From Corallochytrium limacisporum Hawaii (Eukaryota; Protista; Pluriformea), in the NCBI GenBank assembly GCA_002811645.1, contig PDIP01000002.1, positions 184,062-248,061 of the forward strand: a DNA stretch of 64,000 nucleotides, read 5' to 3'. Below, piece by piece: positions 11,001 to 24,700 of the stretch. The stretch's first letter is position 1; each line of letters starts with the position of its first letter. The position numbers and the translations under genes are program-made. The notes under the pieces were generated by a model. It was given only the letters and a program-made list of their open reading frames with translations, did no database searches and was not told where the DNA came from.

Positions 11001-14000
11001 AGAAATGAACTCAGGTGGGTCAAAAGGAAGGGTCATCGTCGTAGTTGTCCGCAAATCCGAACGAATATGTTTACGTATGCGGATTGCGAAGCGCTGGGGT
11101 GTAACATTGCCTCATCTCCCTGGACTGAGACTGAACCGCGTTGCGAGACGCGAGAGTTTGAAAGCAGTCCGGGGTACACTGCTGGTCTGCTACGCATCTC
11201 TCCGAGTTTGGTATGGGATGACCGAGCATTGGAAAAGAAGGGACTCCCTTTGGCATGATGTTCTCATCTCCTGATACGAACTGTGTCGAGTCCAGAAAGG
11301 CTCCTTTTGCGAGACACAAGTGCAAATTGAGAACTACCATGTTGAAACATGGTTCGCAAGGTAGCGATGGTCCTCATAAGCGCAATATGAAACATACAGA
11401 CCAATAACACAGTAGCATACTCCATTTTGCTCGCTATTCATTGAATATTAGGCTTTTGCGGAGGAAACAGCCAGGAACATCCGCGAGAAATCTCTTACGA
11501 GGATGTATGCTGAAGGACATGTTGATGAGACAAGGAGAAACCAGAGAATCTTCCGTTTGTGTATGTGTAAGATGATACCGTATTGAGATAATGTTTCGAA
11601 GCATCGTATCCCAGTCGCTAGGTTATACTGCAGTACTGCATGTACTTCAGCACGGCCACTCAGTCACACCCCAGCCGGTCGTTGCAGAATGCGTGAATGA
11701 AAATACGAGACTGCTTTACTTAACTTGGCGTGTCAACAACAGCCAGCACCCAAAATGTCGCAGATGATCATGGCTGAGGCTGGCCCATCGCGTCTCCATT
11801 TGGAATTGATCCAGTCCCATGTTGTTTAGACATCGGGTGTGCATGTGTGTGTGTGTGTTTACCCGGCGCACTAAGTGTCTCCGGCCGCTGTTGCTCCGCG
11901 GTGGCGTTGACGACTGTTTGTCGGTGGTCTTAGGTTGTGCGGTTCTGTTCTCGGGTTTGGAGTATTAAGTGAAGAGTGAGAACGGATCATCGAATGTGTG
12001 CAGTCAATTATTTCCTCGGGTGTGCCTCTGGCCCAGTCCCAATTCTTCTCTTTTCTTCGTATTTGATCTATTTGCTTTTCCTGAAACACACGCGTACAAC
12101 AAATGTCTTCATACTCCACCCTACGGTAGTGGATATTTATGAAATATTGGGCACTGGCCAGAATTCCTTGAGCGAGCGAAGCACCCATATTGCATGGAGA
12201 GGAGGAACGTCACGGACGGGAACGCACGTACCAGTAGCAACACACCGGTCGAACCAGTATTGGCCATTCCGTTGTTTCTACACCTATCTGTCGTTCCGCC
12301 ATCATCTGTTACATGAGCCTATATGTCAACCAGGAGGAAATCAGGACCGATATGGCATGGCATGTTGAGTACCAATTGTTCTGTAGCCCATTTCCATACA
12401 AAGTCCGAGTGTACGAAACAATCAGCAACTTTCGGAACAGCGGTTCAAGAAAAGTAAATGAACCCAAAGTTCACGACAAGAAACAATGACAATGTTTTTT
12501 TCTTTGGTTACCTTGTTACCCACATGACCTGTTCGTTTACATACAAACTTTTTTGTCACTAAAGTCATCGAGTCAAAAGATGCTCCCTTTTCGGATATAA
12601 CTCTGAATTCACAAAGTTCTCTCAAGCAAAAAAAGAAAAACAACAAAGAAAGTGACATCTTTCTTAACTTTGACTCAGGCCACATTTGAACCGGGGCATT
12701 ATTTCAACCGCGAAAGAGAAGAACACGATGTCCTTTGTCGCTCCATTGTGTGTTTCCCCCTTCTACTTCCACGTCAAACAATCGACTGCAACATCCGAGT
12801 GCCGGTCACTCCCTTCGCTGTGCTTCTGGTATGACCGCTGTGTATTTTGATCACCAGTCACTTGTAGTTACTTAAAGGTGGGGCTAGTCGAAGGGAGGAA
12901 TATCGGACACAGCCACGGACTCACGAGTGGTCCTCAGCCGGGGCGTATATGGCGCTTTTCCCTAGCCCCTCCCCTTCCATTGATTCCTTATGGACAGACG
13001 GGAAAAAAATACGTGAGGATGATGACGACGACAGCTGGGGATACGATAGGCTGGACGTCAGCCAGGAGTAGATACACAACAAATAGTCGGTTAGAAACAC
13101 CACAATATCACCGACCCCGGCTACATACAGTATGCCGGATTCATTACTATTCAAGAACGATTGGAAATAGATAGCAGATAACTAGTTGCACCTATTCCAA
13201 TTGCCTTCAGTGTTCGTTATGTGCTCTCTCGCCTCGGCCGTTCCCCGCCTTCGCTTTCCTTCTTCTGTCGTACGAACTTTTTGACTGGAACATTCTGTTT
13301 TCCCGCAAAGAAAAATAAGGTCTATCAACCACTATGGGTTACCAATCGTACCCGCTTAACTGTGGTCTTCAGTTAGCAGGGACCAGGCTGATTGCAGTTG
13401 TTTTATGCGTATGTCGTTGTCTGCCATCGATTTTGAGGCAACTTATCTCTGTTACCCTCAACATCGTTTCCTGGACGGCGCGATCATCGTAATTGCCCAT
13501 GCATGTCCCACATGACTATGTAGAGTGCCCCATTCACACACCATAGAATGACTAGACTTGAAGATCGGGACAGTGGACGCTAGGACCCGATAGAGCAGCG
13601 TGGACGAGTAGAGCATTGTTCCGCTCACTCCAGGCGATGACAAAGGTGGGACATTGTCAGCATCAGCTCGAGTCCGCATGCCGAGAGACCGGGACCAAAA
13701 GAAGCGCATCTCATCATCAAACATCCAACTGAAACTAAGAGCACAGGCTGCGCGAACCTGAAAAGGCAAGACATATTCACAGAAAAATAATGAACACTAT
13801 GGACCGTCGACAGCAAAAGTGCGTTTGAACGTGAATGGGAGATGGATAATGCAACGGGCAGTCCTCCTGGTTTGTTGTGGTCGCTGATGTCCATCCAGTC
13901 TTGGGATGAGGTCGATGTGTTGCCTAATGGTTCGTTCTTTGATGGCAATTACTCATGTTGATGTGTTTGTTGTGTTCGATGTCGATAGCCCGTAGGCGAA

Positions 14001-15475
14001 TGATGTGGTGGCTGGTGAAGCATGACTGGCTTGAACTGCCGATAATCCGAAATGGTCAGCGCAAATGACAACTTTTTACTATTTATTTTTTATGAGTTTT
14101 CAAGTCACTGTGACGGACATTTTGGTAACAACAGGAAGAACCAAAACCATCAGGCTTGGTTAGTTATAGTCAAATGCTAAGACGGGTGCAGTACCAGATA
14201 TGTACGATGTAGGAGTCTGTTATTGGAAAGTTCACGCTATGTATTTTGACGTTATGCATTCTAGAGACCTAGCACGTTCACACGTGTTTTGTTTTAAGTG
14301 CGATATATCGTTTCCGCTGTTGCTCATTCACACACACATGTTCAGATTGGTCACCTGAGAAGTTCATCTCGCCGCCGCGATGGTGGACTGCAATACTCTC
14401 ATCGCAGTTTGACCGCCGACCTCAGACGTCTTCTACGTCAACCGCTTCCCAACACAATGAGCGACGATGTCCCAAGCGGAGTCTGTAATTGTTGACCTCA
14501 GAAACAAAAGATAAGCCATGAATAAACAGATTTCTTTGTTGCAAGTTGGTGCAGTATGGCCAAGTGAATGATATTGTCTCTCACTTAAATATGGGGTAAA
14601 AAAATATTGTCGACTGCAATTCATAGTTTATGGACCGCTTTGGGCCAGAAAAAGTGGTATTTGCCTTCAACCCATGGGAAAGTGAACTGCAGCAACTGTT
14701 TCCCATCTAAACTCCGTTCATTCTAATTACTTTGTCCTTTCTCTCCGGCATCTCTGGTAGCATCAACGATGCGTGCTCTGCATGTTCATGGGTCACACAG
14801 AGAGACCTTAAGAAGGATGCTTGAGCAGAGGGGGGTCAGCGTGCAGCAAGAAGATTGGTTCACGGACCTTGCTGTTTGTTGAGAACCCGGTTCAGATATG
14901 AGTGATCGAGACTATCTTGTGTGATGGAAAATTGTTGCAAACGGGTTCCCAGACAGTTTCGTAGAAATGATATAAAAACGTCGAAGTATTTAGTTGCACA
15001 AGAGGAAACGATAGGAACAGCTGACTAAAGAGAAATTGGTGGAAGTGAGCAAGAGGCCAAAGAAGATTTTGCTCCTGAAAGGGCGGCACTAGGAAAAAAA
15101 GGGCCCGTCTCTTCAGGAACGTTTTATTTCCGCATGGCTCCACTCACATAACTTTGAATTCTAGGAGGTTTTTGGAGACCACAAGGATTCGTTGATCGTT
15201 CCTAGTACTCCTTTGGCAGATTTCCCCAATTTGTCAATATCCCCAAAACTCCATATAACCACGGGCCGACAATGAACACCGGATTCGTGCGGCTGTGCTT
15301 GGTTCCCTTTTGTCCTCGTTTTGCGTCAAGTCTTTGTCCTGCGCCGTATTGCCAACGACCGGAAAAAGCCACCCCGACGATCGGAGGTAAAGAGAACGTA
15401 CTTCGGTGAGCTGACAAATGAACCGAAGCCGAGTGTTTCCTGTAGTGTCGTTCCTATAACACCTCTTGTTCACAT

Positions 15476-15613
15476 CTGTTTGCAGCTGTTCCTCTCAGGA
15501 GGAGGAGGGAGGGGGAGGGGGAGAGGAGGAGGAGGGAAGGGAGGGGGTGGCGGGCGGAACAAGAGAAGCTGCGGGTTGGTTTGTGGGGAGTGTGGGGTGT
15601 GACCGGTGGGTTG
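15476..15613. repeat. Polypurine (GGA/GGG) tract within an ApT-free island; G4/H-DNA-prone
   Basis: GGAGGAGGAGGGAGGGGGAGGGGGAGAGGAGGAGGAGGGAAGGGAGGGGG; 138 bp without ApT. Confidence 0.6.
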
Positions 15614-17183
15614 ATGTAGGGTGAGAGCAAACCGATGAAGTCTGCCGGTTTTTGCAGAATGTTTATTACCGCAATTGCTGTGGTCCAGGAGAAGTGAGGC
15701 ACACTGCCAGCACATTGTGTTGTGTCATTTTTCGGTTGTGGGCTGCCACGCAGCGGCAACCGTTTTCACTGTCTGTGTCGCTCCCTACGCGTCCTCGCCT
15801 TTCTGATTGCAGATCGCTGGTTCCCAGAAAAATATGGTATATTTACTATAAATTCACACACCCGACGTACGTCGCCTTTGCAATACCGGGAACTTACCCC
15901 GCGAGCAGGAATGCTGATCTGGCCCCACACACCAGAACAACAAACACACATTCGCGTCGCTGGCAGAGTCATCCCCCGATAGCACGCCTGTGAAAAAAAA
16001 AGTAGAGATGGTTTTGTCTTTTATTTCTCAGAGTGTACGAAATTCACAGAGCGTTCTGTGACTGTAATCTTGCTCTACGCGCACGCCTCGTTGGTGTGTT
16101 TTGGTTGCCGAACGTAAGGTCCCAGCTTTCAAAGCCCAGTTCACAGGGGCATCCGCACTCCGCACAAGAAGCAACATACCTGGGTGTACTACAATAACCT
16201 TGGAGCAAAGACGAAAAAAAAAATAATCATCGTGTCAGCTGAGGAGACGGGTGGGGAAGCGGCCAAGGGTACAATAGGGCGACTGTGAGGGTCATCCAAT
16301 CAGCTGTTGCTGTGGCCCCCTTTTGCTGGCTGTAGCTGTGCGGGTGCGTCGCCGTCGATGGTGTCAGCAGGCGAGTCGAGAGCGGGGAGACGCTTCTGAG
16401 GACTGCAGCAGCCGGCTCCGAGCGACAGCCCGCCAGAGTCCCTCCCCTCCCTTTCCGGGCACTGACCCCGACAGGAAAAGTGACTCTACCCTTATGGTTT
16501 TGTATACTAAATGTTTCAGGGTCTGCCCGACAACGTCGCCGCGTCGTGCACTTAAGGGAGATCTGCGAAGAAGGGAGGAAATCAGAGACATTTTTTTTCA
16601 TGATTGACCATTCTCTGTGGTCAGTAGCCGGTGTTTCCCTTTGGTCAGGTGGTAAATAGTAATGATCAGCAACGCAGGAAATACATAGAGAAGACACCGA
16701 GCCACGGAACCATAAAAAGATGAGAGGGGTGGTTGACCAGGGTCTCCAAGGGCAGGACGACACCCCTTCTCCGAGGCCGGGTGCGCCTCGTTTGCCTTCG
16801 AACAGACTGCGCTCGTTCACGAAAAGTCCACGGCGGGGGTGGTCAATTTATATAGTTTTTTTCTTTTAAATTTGCCCGTTCAAAAGGTGTGATGAGACAT
16901 TGAACAGAACCGTCTCTCTCAAAATGGGTCATCAGTTTCATCCTGGTGTGCATACCGCCCACATGCTAATTCTACAATTCTCATATTGTAGTAAATGTAT
17001 GTAGCGTTACCTCGGTCCTCAGGCGGCAACCTTGGCGCGGGAGTGGCCCCTCTTCTCGGGCATGCCGACCAGACCATGCGCCCAGGTTTTTTTTTTTCTC
17101 TCAGTTGTTCATCAGCAGATCGTTGTGTCCGAGGAGCCACACCTCCACCCCAGGGAGGTAATACGGTACTGAATATATTGCAG

Positions 17184-18050
17184 CTAGATGTTTAATAAGG
17201 GATTGTCTTCAAAATGTTTGCAGTCCTTGCTCCCGGCACGCAACGAGGTAACAATAAGCCGGGACACACCGTCGAACAAAACAGTGGCTCGCTCACGGAC
17301 GGTGTCACCCATCTTCTTGGACAACTTGCGAAGAGCAACAAGCGCAGCTTCTCTGTATACGACGACACCGCCCGTTCTCTTCCCTCCCGGGGTGAAGGGG
17401 AGGGGAGAGGGGAGTGGTGGTGGGACGGTATGAGCAGCAATACCAGCCTCAGCGATGGACACTTTCGGACGGGAATCAATGACGCTTCAATGATAGGCAG
17501 GCAGCTGGGTAGCTGCAAAACTTTGCTTCGAACTCATTAAGGCCAGTGGAAAGACGGTAGGACACCTACTGTGAGTACGGGGGCTGCTGGGGCATGTTTC
17601 AATTTTGCGATGGTGCAAAACGACGTCCGGTAGGCCACCAGGGGATCGATACAAAGCGAATGCCTCAGACTAACTTTTCCAAAGATATTGAATTGTGCAA
17701 TGGTGCCATTCATATGCACCAGGAGACAGCGACAGCGAAGAAAATTGAGCTGAGCTCATGATATTTCCATAGAAAATATATGGCGCTAAAAGGGAGTCTC
17801 TTTTCATGGTTCCATGATACTACTATTGCGTGTTGGAGTATTGATCGCTCTGGGTCGTCCGGTCTCTCTTGCCTTGCTTTTGACGATGCCTTCACCACAT
17901 GAGGCAGCCCGCGTTCGGTTCCGACAATGGAAAGCAAGTTTGGGTCGTGATTCCCGGTTATTCTCCCTCGCGGAGTATGCCTTGTGCACATGGTGGGGGC
18001 TTCGAAGCAAACTGTCCACGTTCACTGAGGATTCCTCGCTCTGCCTCCGT
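17184..18050 (-). pseudogene. Decayed armadillo (ARM)-repeat protein gene
   Basis: Joined across frameshifts: AERGIL/VNVDSLLRSPHHVHKAYSAR/RITGNHDPNLLSIVGTERGLPHVVKA..SILQHAIVVSWNH (ERG to ERG = 41 aa), then IAEAGIAAHTV..YREAALVALRKLSKKMGDTVRERATVLFDGVSRLIVTSLRAGSKDCK; ARM-like consensus with stops and frameshifts. Confidence 0.45.
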
Positions 18051-21000
18051 CGGGCATAGCATTTTCCTCTTCGGTGGGATTTTTTTTTTTGCTGTGGGCA
18101 GCTGAGCCCTTTGCTGACTAACCCAAACCGAAATACTGCAAGAAAAGGGGCGAATGATTTTGTATAAGTCCACAGCCTTTCATATTCCCACCTCAGGAGA
18201 GGAAAGCATATCTATATTATGCTTACCTGTTCGTGTCAATGTCACATTTCTTGGGAAACCGGGGATCCCGTCCCCACCCCCCCCCTATCCTCTCCGCCCC
18301 TTACCCTACCTTCTTCGCAATTGTCCATGGCAATTGACCATGGGAGGTCCTTCAGGGTCGATTCTTGACATGTGGCCCGCAATTTCTTCCGATCACCAAT
18401 ACCTATCACTGATTAATAGAGAAATTGTAGGGACTTACAGGCATTCCGTGGAGGAGAGCAAAGTGTGAACCAATTTCAGAAACCAAGAAAAAACAATAGT
18501 GTTTGTTCGTTGTTGATGCAACTCTCGGACCCCTCTCCTCCAGTGGTTCCTGCGTGCCCCTTATTTTTTTTTGCAGCCGGCCATACTAAAGTGCGTCATT
18601 CCAGAGAGCAAACCCATTGCTGATAGTAATTCCTTGACCCTGTATAACAAAAAAGACAAGAGTTTCCATAGGACGCAATTCTGGGAGGTGTTGACCAAAA
18701 GAGGGAACATCTAAAACGCTGATTGCTGCTAAGCTCTCCCAGCAGTAAAAGGGAAGAAGACTCACTGAACAGGAACTATTGTGTCGGTGAGCAGTACACG
18801 GAATACGCAGAGCCCTCTTCCAGGATAGTGCTAACAACGACACCTTGACTTTGCGCTGTGAACTGGGAAGTGATTTTTTTTCTTGGGGCCAATGGTTCCC
18901 GTCAAAAGGTGTCGATATCTGTCTATAAGGGGGTGCAGCGGGTTGCCTCATAGACCGACGTCTCGTATCTTGCACTGTGACTTGTCTTCGACTGATGGAC
19001 TTCTGCGGTTCCTTTCCGACGATTCCCGATCAGAGTAGCAGTGGTTGCCATCGACCACAGAATTTTTGTGTGTGTTTCCCTGGCCTGGAATGCACATATA
19101 ATATGTGTATACTTTTACCATTCATGTCTTGGTTATTAAGTGCATATGCACGATGAAAGCGCCAGCTGCTGGTGGTGCTGCTATGGAAGTAGGTAGAATA
19201 CTGCCAGTGTGGAACTTTTTGGAAACTTTTGTCCGCAGGATTGAATCATATCCCTGCTTAGGGATTTTCCATGAGGTTCCAGCTTTGTGTAAGAGTGGTA
19301 GTAACTATACTGCTTACCCAGCTGAGATCTCTGCTGAGCGGATGTGTACTCCCTTTTGGTTGTTCTTTGTTCGGTTCCCCTTTTTTCTCCGCTCCACGGA
19401 CCTCCTCCCTGCTCCGGCTTGCAGATCTTGAAGAGAAATCATCGACCATTTATCAACAAAATATGTGTACTCAATTTCCTCCGTGTAGTCGTCTGCCGGG
19501 TGACACGGTAGGTTTGCACACGAATTTCTTATGAAACTGAACATTAAACAGAGGATGCGTCTGAGGGGATATTAGGTGCGGAATTGCTCGGATCGGCCCC
19601 CCCTCCTGGTGGTCGTGGGGCTGGTACCGGCGGGTGTGCCCGGTTGCGGTTGTTGGTTGGCGATCTATACCGCTGATGATGATGATGGAGCGGTGTGGAC
19701 ATACATTGTAGTTGGATGATATTCCCGAGTTACGAGTTGAGTGTGAAGACTTCCCATTGCTCGACGGCTAGCCCTGCAAATCTGTTGGTGTTGGGCAATC
19801 CGCATAACCCCATTCGGCGAAAACAAAGCAGCAACCCAAAAAACATAAACTACTACCCCAATAGCTAATAAAGGTACATTTTCTTGTATATGCACACTGT
19901 CCTCTCACGGAGGATTTCCTTTCTTCATTGTTCGCATGGTTGATTCTCATCAACGACATAGGACAACCAAATTCGGTGATTGTCCCACTGTTTTTCCATC
20001 GATTGATGAAGGTCTAACTAATTTTGGTGTTTTGTGTCGATGTGCTTCCGTAAGGTGCATACCGTCCTGCTGCCCTTGTCCTGCCGATGGTGACTAGTAC
20101 GCTGTGATGTTCCATGCATATGGTACATGCCGCGGATGTATGTACACACTACATGTCTAAAAAAAACCAGAGGAACAACAAATAGTTGGTATCGTTTGCT
20201 CCCCTGATGATTGTAAGATTACAGAAGGATACAATGGCTTTGTCTTGATCACACGTACACCGTCCACAACTACAGGGCAACACCATTGATAAACTATCGG
20301 ACGTCGGGGAAATCCAACAAAGGCCGCCTACCTCTGCCTCTACTACTCTGGGCGAAGTAGTTGAGATCTGATCCGCGCATGTAGGAGTGTCGAGTTGTGA
20401 GTCACATCTCCATGGATCTGATCTTTTTACTTACTACACGAAGGTGTAGTTTCTCTACTTAGTGAGCACTGTGATAGCCTGCCCATGCCGTCATATAGAC
20501 GAGCGGGCATCGTTCGAATGTTTTTCGAAGGTACACGAGGATGAAACGCAGCAACTGGTCCCATAAACATGAAACACGCTGCTTCACCTGTTGTTGGTTC
20601 ACTATCCATGTTCTGTACGGTGGAGGATGTGGGTGTGCACGTAGGGCCAGATCCATAGTCTCTTCGCTTTTCATCGAACAGCTTCCCATATGCAGCAGCT
20701 GCAAAATGTGTTGGTGAACCATAACCAAGCTCGGCCAAAATTTCAGTATAGCTCAATTCCAAACCCGCTCGCAGCTCCTCCCAATTCACCATCGCAACTG
20801 TGGAAGAAACCAGTAGAAGCCAAGCCAGCAGCAAGTTCGAATGTATACCCCACGATCCACAACCATTTCAGGCGGTGAAGGGGCTGAATTCAGCAACTGC
20901 TACCAAATCCCACAGTCAGCACGGGGGTTCTCAACTCGTACTTGCTGCCCGTTCACTACCATTGCTGCCAGTCCTTGGCAGACCCCCAAAAGAAGGGTGG

Positions 21001-21390
21001 GGTATATACAATTGATCATCGGCTGCCAAGAAACCAACGTTCGAAACTGATAAATAAAAAATCTACAACCCACCATCACGAAACAGAATAAGGAGACAAG
21101 GAGCTCCCTTCTACAGCTCCAGACCAACGGTTGGGGAAGGGGGGCGGGGGGGGGGTTTGGCAGAAAAAATAGACTCCTAATATCTCCCAAGCCCAACGGT
21201 CCACAGGTGATGGATGCAGCAGTAGCGCAGGTCCCCTCGTAAACCTCGAAAATTAATTACGGGAACTGATCTTGTACCACAGAGAAAGCGATAGATTTCA
21301 AAAGTCCGCTTTAGAGGTATATCAAATTAAATGTGATCCTCCCCCATTGGCGCCATAATGAATGTATGGAATGCTTGTGTTTCCTATGAT

Positions 21391-21586
21391 GAAAGTACTA
21401 GCCCACTCGTCTGGGCGGGTTTACGGAGGGGGGAGAGACCCGCGTGTGTGTGAGAGACAAGGCCAGGGCGGTTTAGTAGTTAACAGAGGGACCGAGTGCG
21501 TGCGTGTGGACTGGAGCATAGGGACCAATGCGGGTGGCTGGGCTGGGAGAGCGCGATCCGTCTGTTCTGCGATTGGCACATATTGG
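21391..21586. promoter_or_regulatory. RRP12 upstream ApT-free island followed by CCAAT boxes
   Basis: 127 bp without ApT (21391-21517); CCAAT at 21525, ATTGG at 21572 and 21582. Confidence 0.5.
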
Positions 21587-21785
21587 CTACGTCGAGGGGC
21601 CCTCGATGGGTACTTGGGTGTGCTGATGTGGGGGTTTGTATTGCAAGACGATGAGCAAAGTAACTCTCCTTAGCATGTGTCGAACGATCAAGGTGGTCGG
21701 GATGGTATGTGAAAGAGAGTATAGACCTCAGAGCGTAGTTCGTAGTTATTGTATATAGACACATAGACAAACACACAGACAAATC

Positions 21786-24700
21786 ATGGGAAGGCCTACC
21801 CGCAGCCGTGGGAAGGGCGCAAAGATCGCCAAGGGGCAGTCCAGTTCCAGTAACCCCCGTACTCGCAAGCACAGGGACAAGGCTCGTGCTGCCTTTATGG
21901 TGAGTCATGGTATGACCCCGGATATTCCCCAACAGAACACACAGCAGGCCGCACACAGATCGGGTAAACTTCTTACAACAGAGGCGCTAGCAATTCACAA
22001 TATTGTGCAGAACAGTGCCGCCAAGGGACCGGAAACCCGCGCAGCCATGATGGCCGATATTCAACGCAGTGAACGGCGGGACCGGCGACACGGCAATGAT
22101 GGAATGGACACTGACGGCGACGTTTCTCAGGCACAGACCGCAATCTCCGCATGGAGTGACGCCCTGAGCGAGAGCCCACTGGCTGACGCCTTTGAATCGG
22201 TTCTTGAGAAGGCCAATAGTCCGCTGCCGGTGCACCAGGAGGCGGTGGCCGTGCTAAGTGCCGTGCAAGATGTGATCAAAACTAAGGAAGGCGCAGAGAC
22301 ACCAACTGCCTATTTTGCCTCATTCATGACTGTATTGGAGACACAGTTGACCGCACAGGCTGAGATAGTCAAGGCTGAAAGTGTTGGAAAGGACGGCGGC
22401 AGTAACGTCAATGCTACCGTGACAGATGCATCGGGAAAGGAGGGCATATTGGTCTGGCCTGCAGATGAGGAGGCCATGGTTGGTTCAAACACCAAGGAGA
22501 ATAGTGGAGGCCACGGCATGCCGGAGGCTACAGGCAAGGGTGTCGATGCATTGGCCGCCACCATGCACCTTCTGACGCTGGTTGTGCCCCGCCTGCCAGC
22601 GTCATTAGCTCGTTCAAAACTGCAAACCGCGGCTGCCGTGTTTCTCATGGCCTACGAAGGCTACGGACTCGAGAGTCAGGCAATCGGACGCAGTTGTGTA
22701 ACTATCGTAGGACGGTTGCTGGAGCACCAGAGCATGGTGCAGTGGGAGCAGCCCAATACTCAGAAACTATACACGTGGATCTTGGACCAGACGGCTTCGG
22801 ATCGGCCCAAGATTCGCAAGGCTGCCAACAATGCTGTGCACCGCTTGGTCACGCTGGCGCACCAGAAGATGGTCACGACCGGAGACAAGAACCCTAGCAG
22901 GCACCCGGTGATCCGAATAACCGGAGCGAGTGCTCTTGAGAGCCTGAAGACAGCGTCACGGGCGGATCTGCAGAAGACGTTGTACATGCTAGGTATGCTC
23001 AAAGATGTATTGGCCCTGCTGGGACCTAAGAATGTCAAGGCCATCGTGGAGGGTCTATTGTGGCTCATGACCCTCGGTAACTCGAGTGCAACCATCCAAA
23101 CGTTGCAAGTGCTTGAGGAAGTGTTCAAGGAGGCCACAGCGGATGATCTCATGGCGCAGGCGTTCCGCACATCTGCAGATGCCAACGATGGTCACGGCAA
23201 CGACGATGACGAGGACGTCGGAGACCATATCGATGAGAAGGACGAAGAACGGGGAGTTATGCCGGATTCCGCAGCTGCCCAACCTTTAGTCAAGGACAAG
23301 CAGCTCATGGCACAGGTGGTGCTGGCGATTGTGGCTCATCGTCCAAATCTGAGCGATGCATTGGCCTTGGCCCAGTGGCTGCTCACTGTCGTGCACGGCA
23401 TGGTGGTGCTCTCCAAGGCAGACGAACGCAAGTGTCTGGATGTCATGCCCAAGGTAGTGGCTTCCATCACTGAATGTTTCCTATCAGAGAAACGAAGTGT
23501 AGCGAAGGTGACTGGCAGTGCACTGAAGACCATCCTAGAGGAATGCGTGGCGGGTCGAGACCAGGCCATTGCCGAGGCCGCGCAAGCCTTCGAATCCAAC
23601 GAGAAGACCCGTGTCGGCCAAGTCATTGACCGTATTACGGGGTGTTTGCAGTACAAATTTAATGCCAGCTGGTCTGTCATTTTGCAGGTACATGCTGTGC
23701 TCTTCACCGTCCTCGGGCCTCACACTGTACCCCTGGCCTCTAACAGTCTGAAGGCTATTGTTGACTTCCGCAATGACGAAGACTTCCAACACAAGAAAGA
23801 AATTGAAGGTGCACTGCAGTCTGCGATGCGTGCTCTGGGACCAGAACAGTTCTTTGCAACTATACCTGCGGGTATTCCTAGCGACAGCCCCGAAAAGTCC
23901 AACTACTGGCTCCTGTCCATTGTCCACGGGCACATCAAGCACGCCGAGTTGCGCTACTTCATTGATGATCTCATGCCTGCAGCCATGCGCTGCAAGGCGG
24001 ACGAGAGCGTGCGCCGGCAGAAGAAGGAATTGATTGCTGCCAAAGCCCTCTTTGATATTTATGCGCTGGTCTGGGCTCTGTTCCCAGGCTTTTGCAACGT
24101 TGCCGTGGATGTACCGGGCCAGTTCCAGCGCATTGCTAAGCGTTTAGGCGTCATGTTGCAGCAGGATGCCAGTGTACGTAAGGACATTTGCTTTGGCCTC
24201 GCTGCCCTGATCAACACCCACTCGGACATTGCCAATGGTGATGTCGTGGACGATACTGTCGATGCCAAGAGCGCGCAGGACAGTCTGGATGCCATCAGGC
24301 CGTTCTGCAAGAATTTCTTGCCCATCCTATTCAATCTGTGCATTGCTTCTGCACCAGAGGACCGCAACCATCTGCTAGTTGCCGTGCGTGCCTTGGTCAG
24401 TATTGCTAATGAGCAGATCCTGTTGAACATTTTCAAGACCGTAATGAACAAACTGCTCACAGCCACCGAGCGTCGTGCGTCGGAGACAAATCCGGCGGCC
24501 CGCAAGGCCCTGTCAATCGAACTTCACGGCCTGGCAGACCTCATTCAGTGCTTCATTCCCCGCTTGCCTGGTACGGCGGTTGAATTGCTCTACCGTGCTG
24601 TTCTGCCCTTCTTCAAGGACAACAGTGACGGCATCATGCAGAAGAAGAGCTATCGAATCCTCCAGACCGTGGCCAAACGGCTGCACCCTGACCATGCTCC

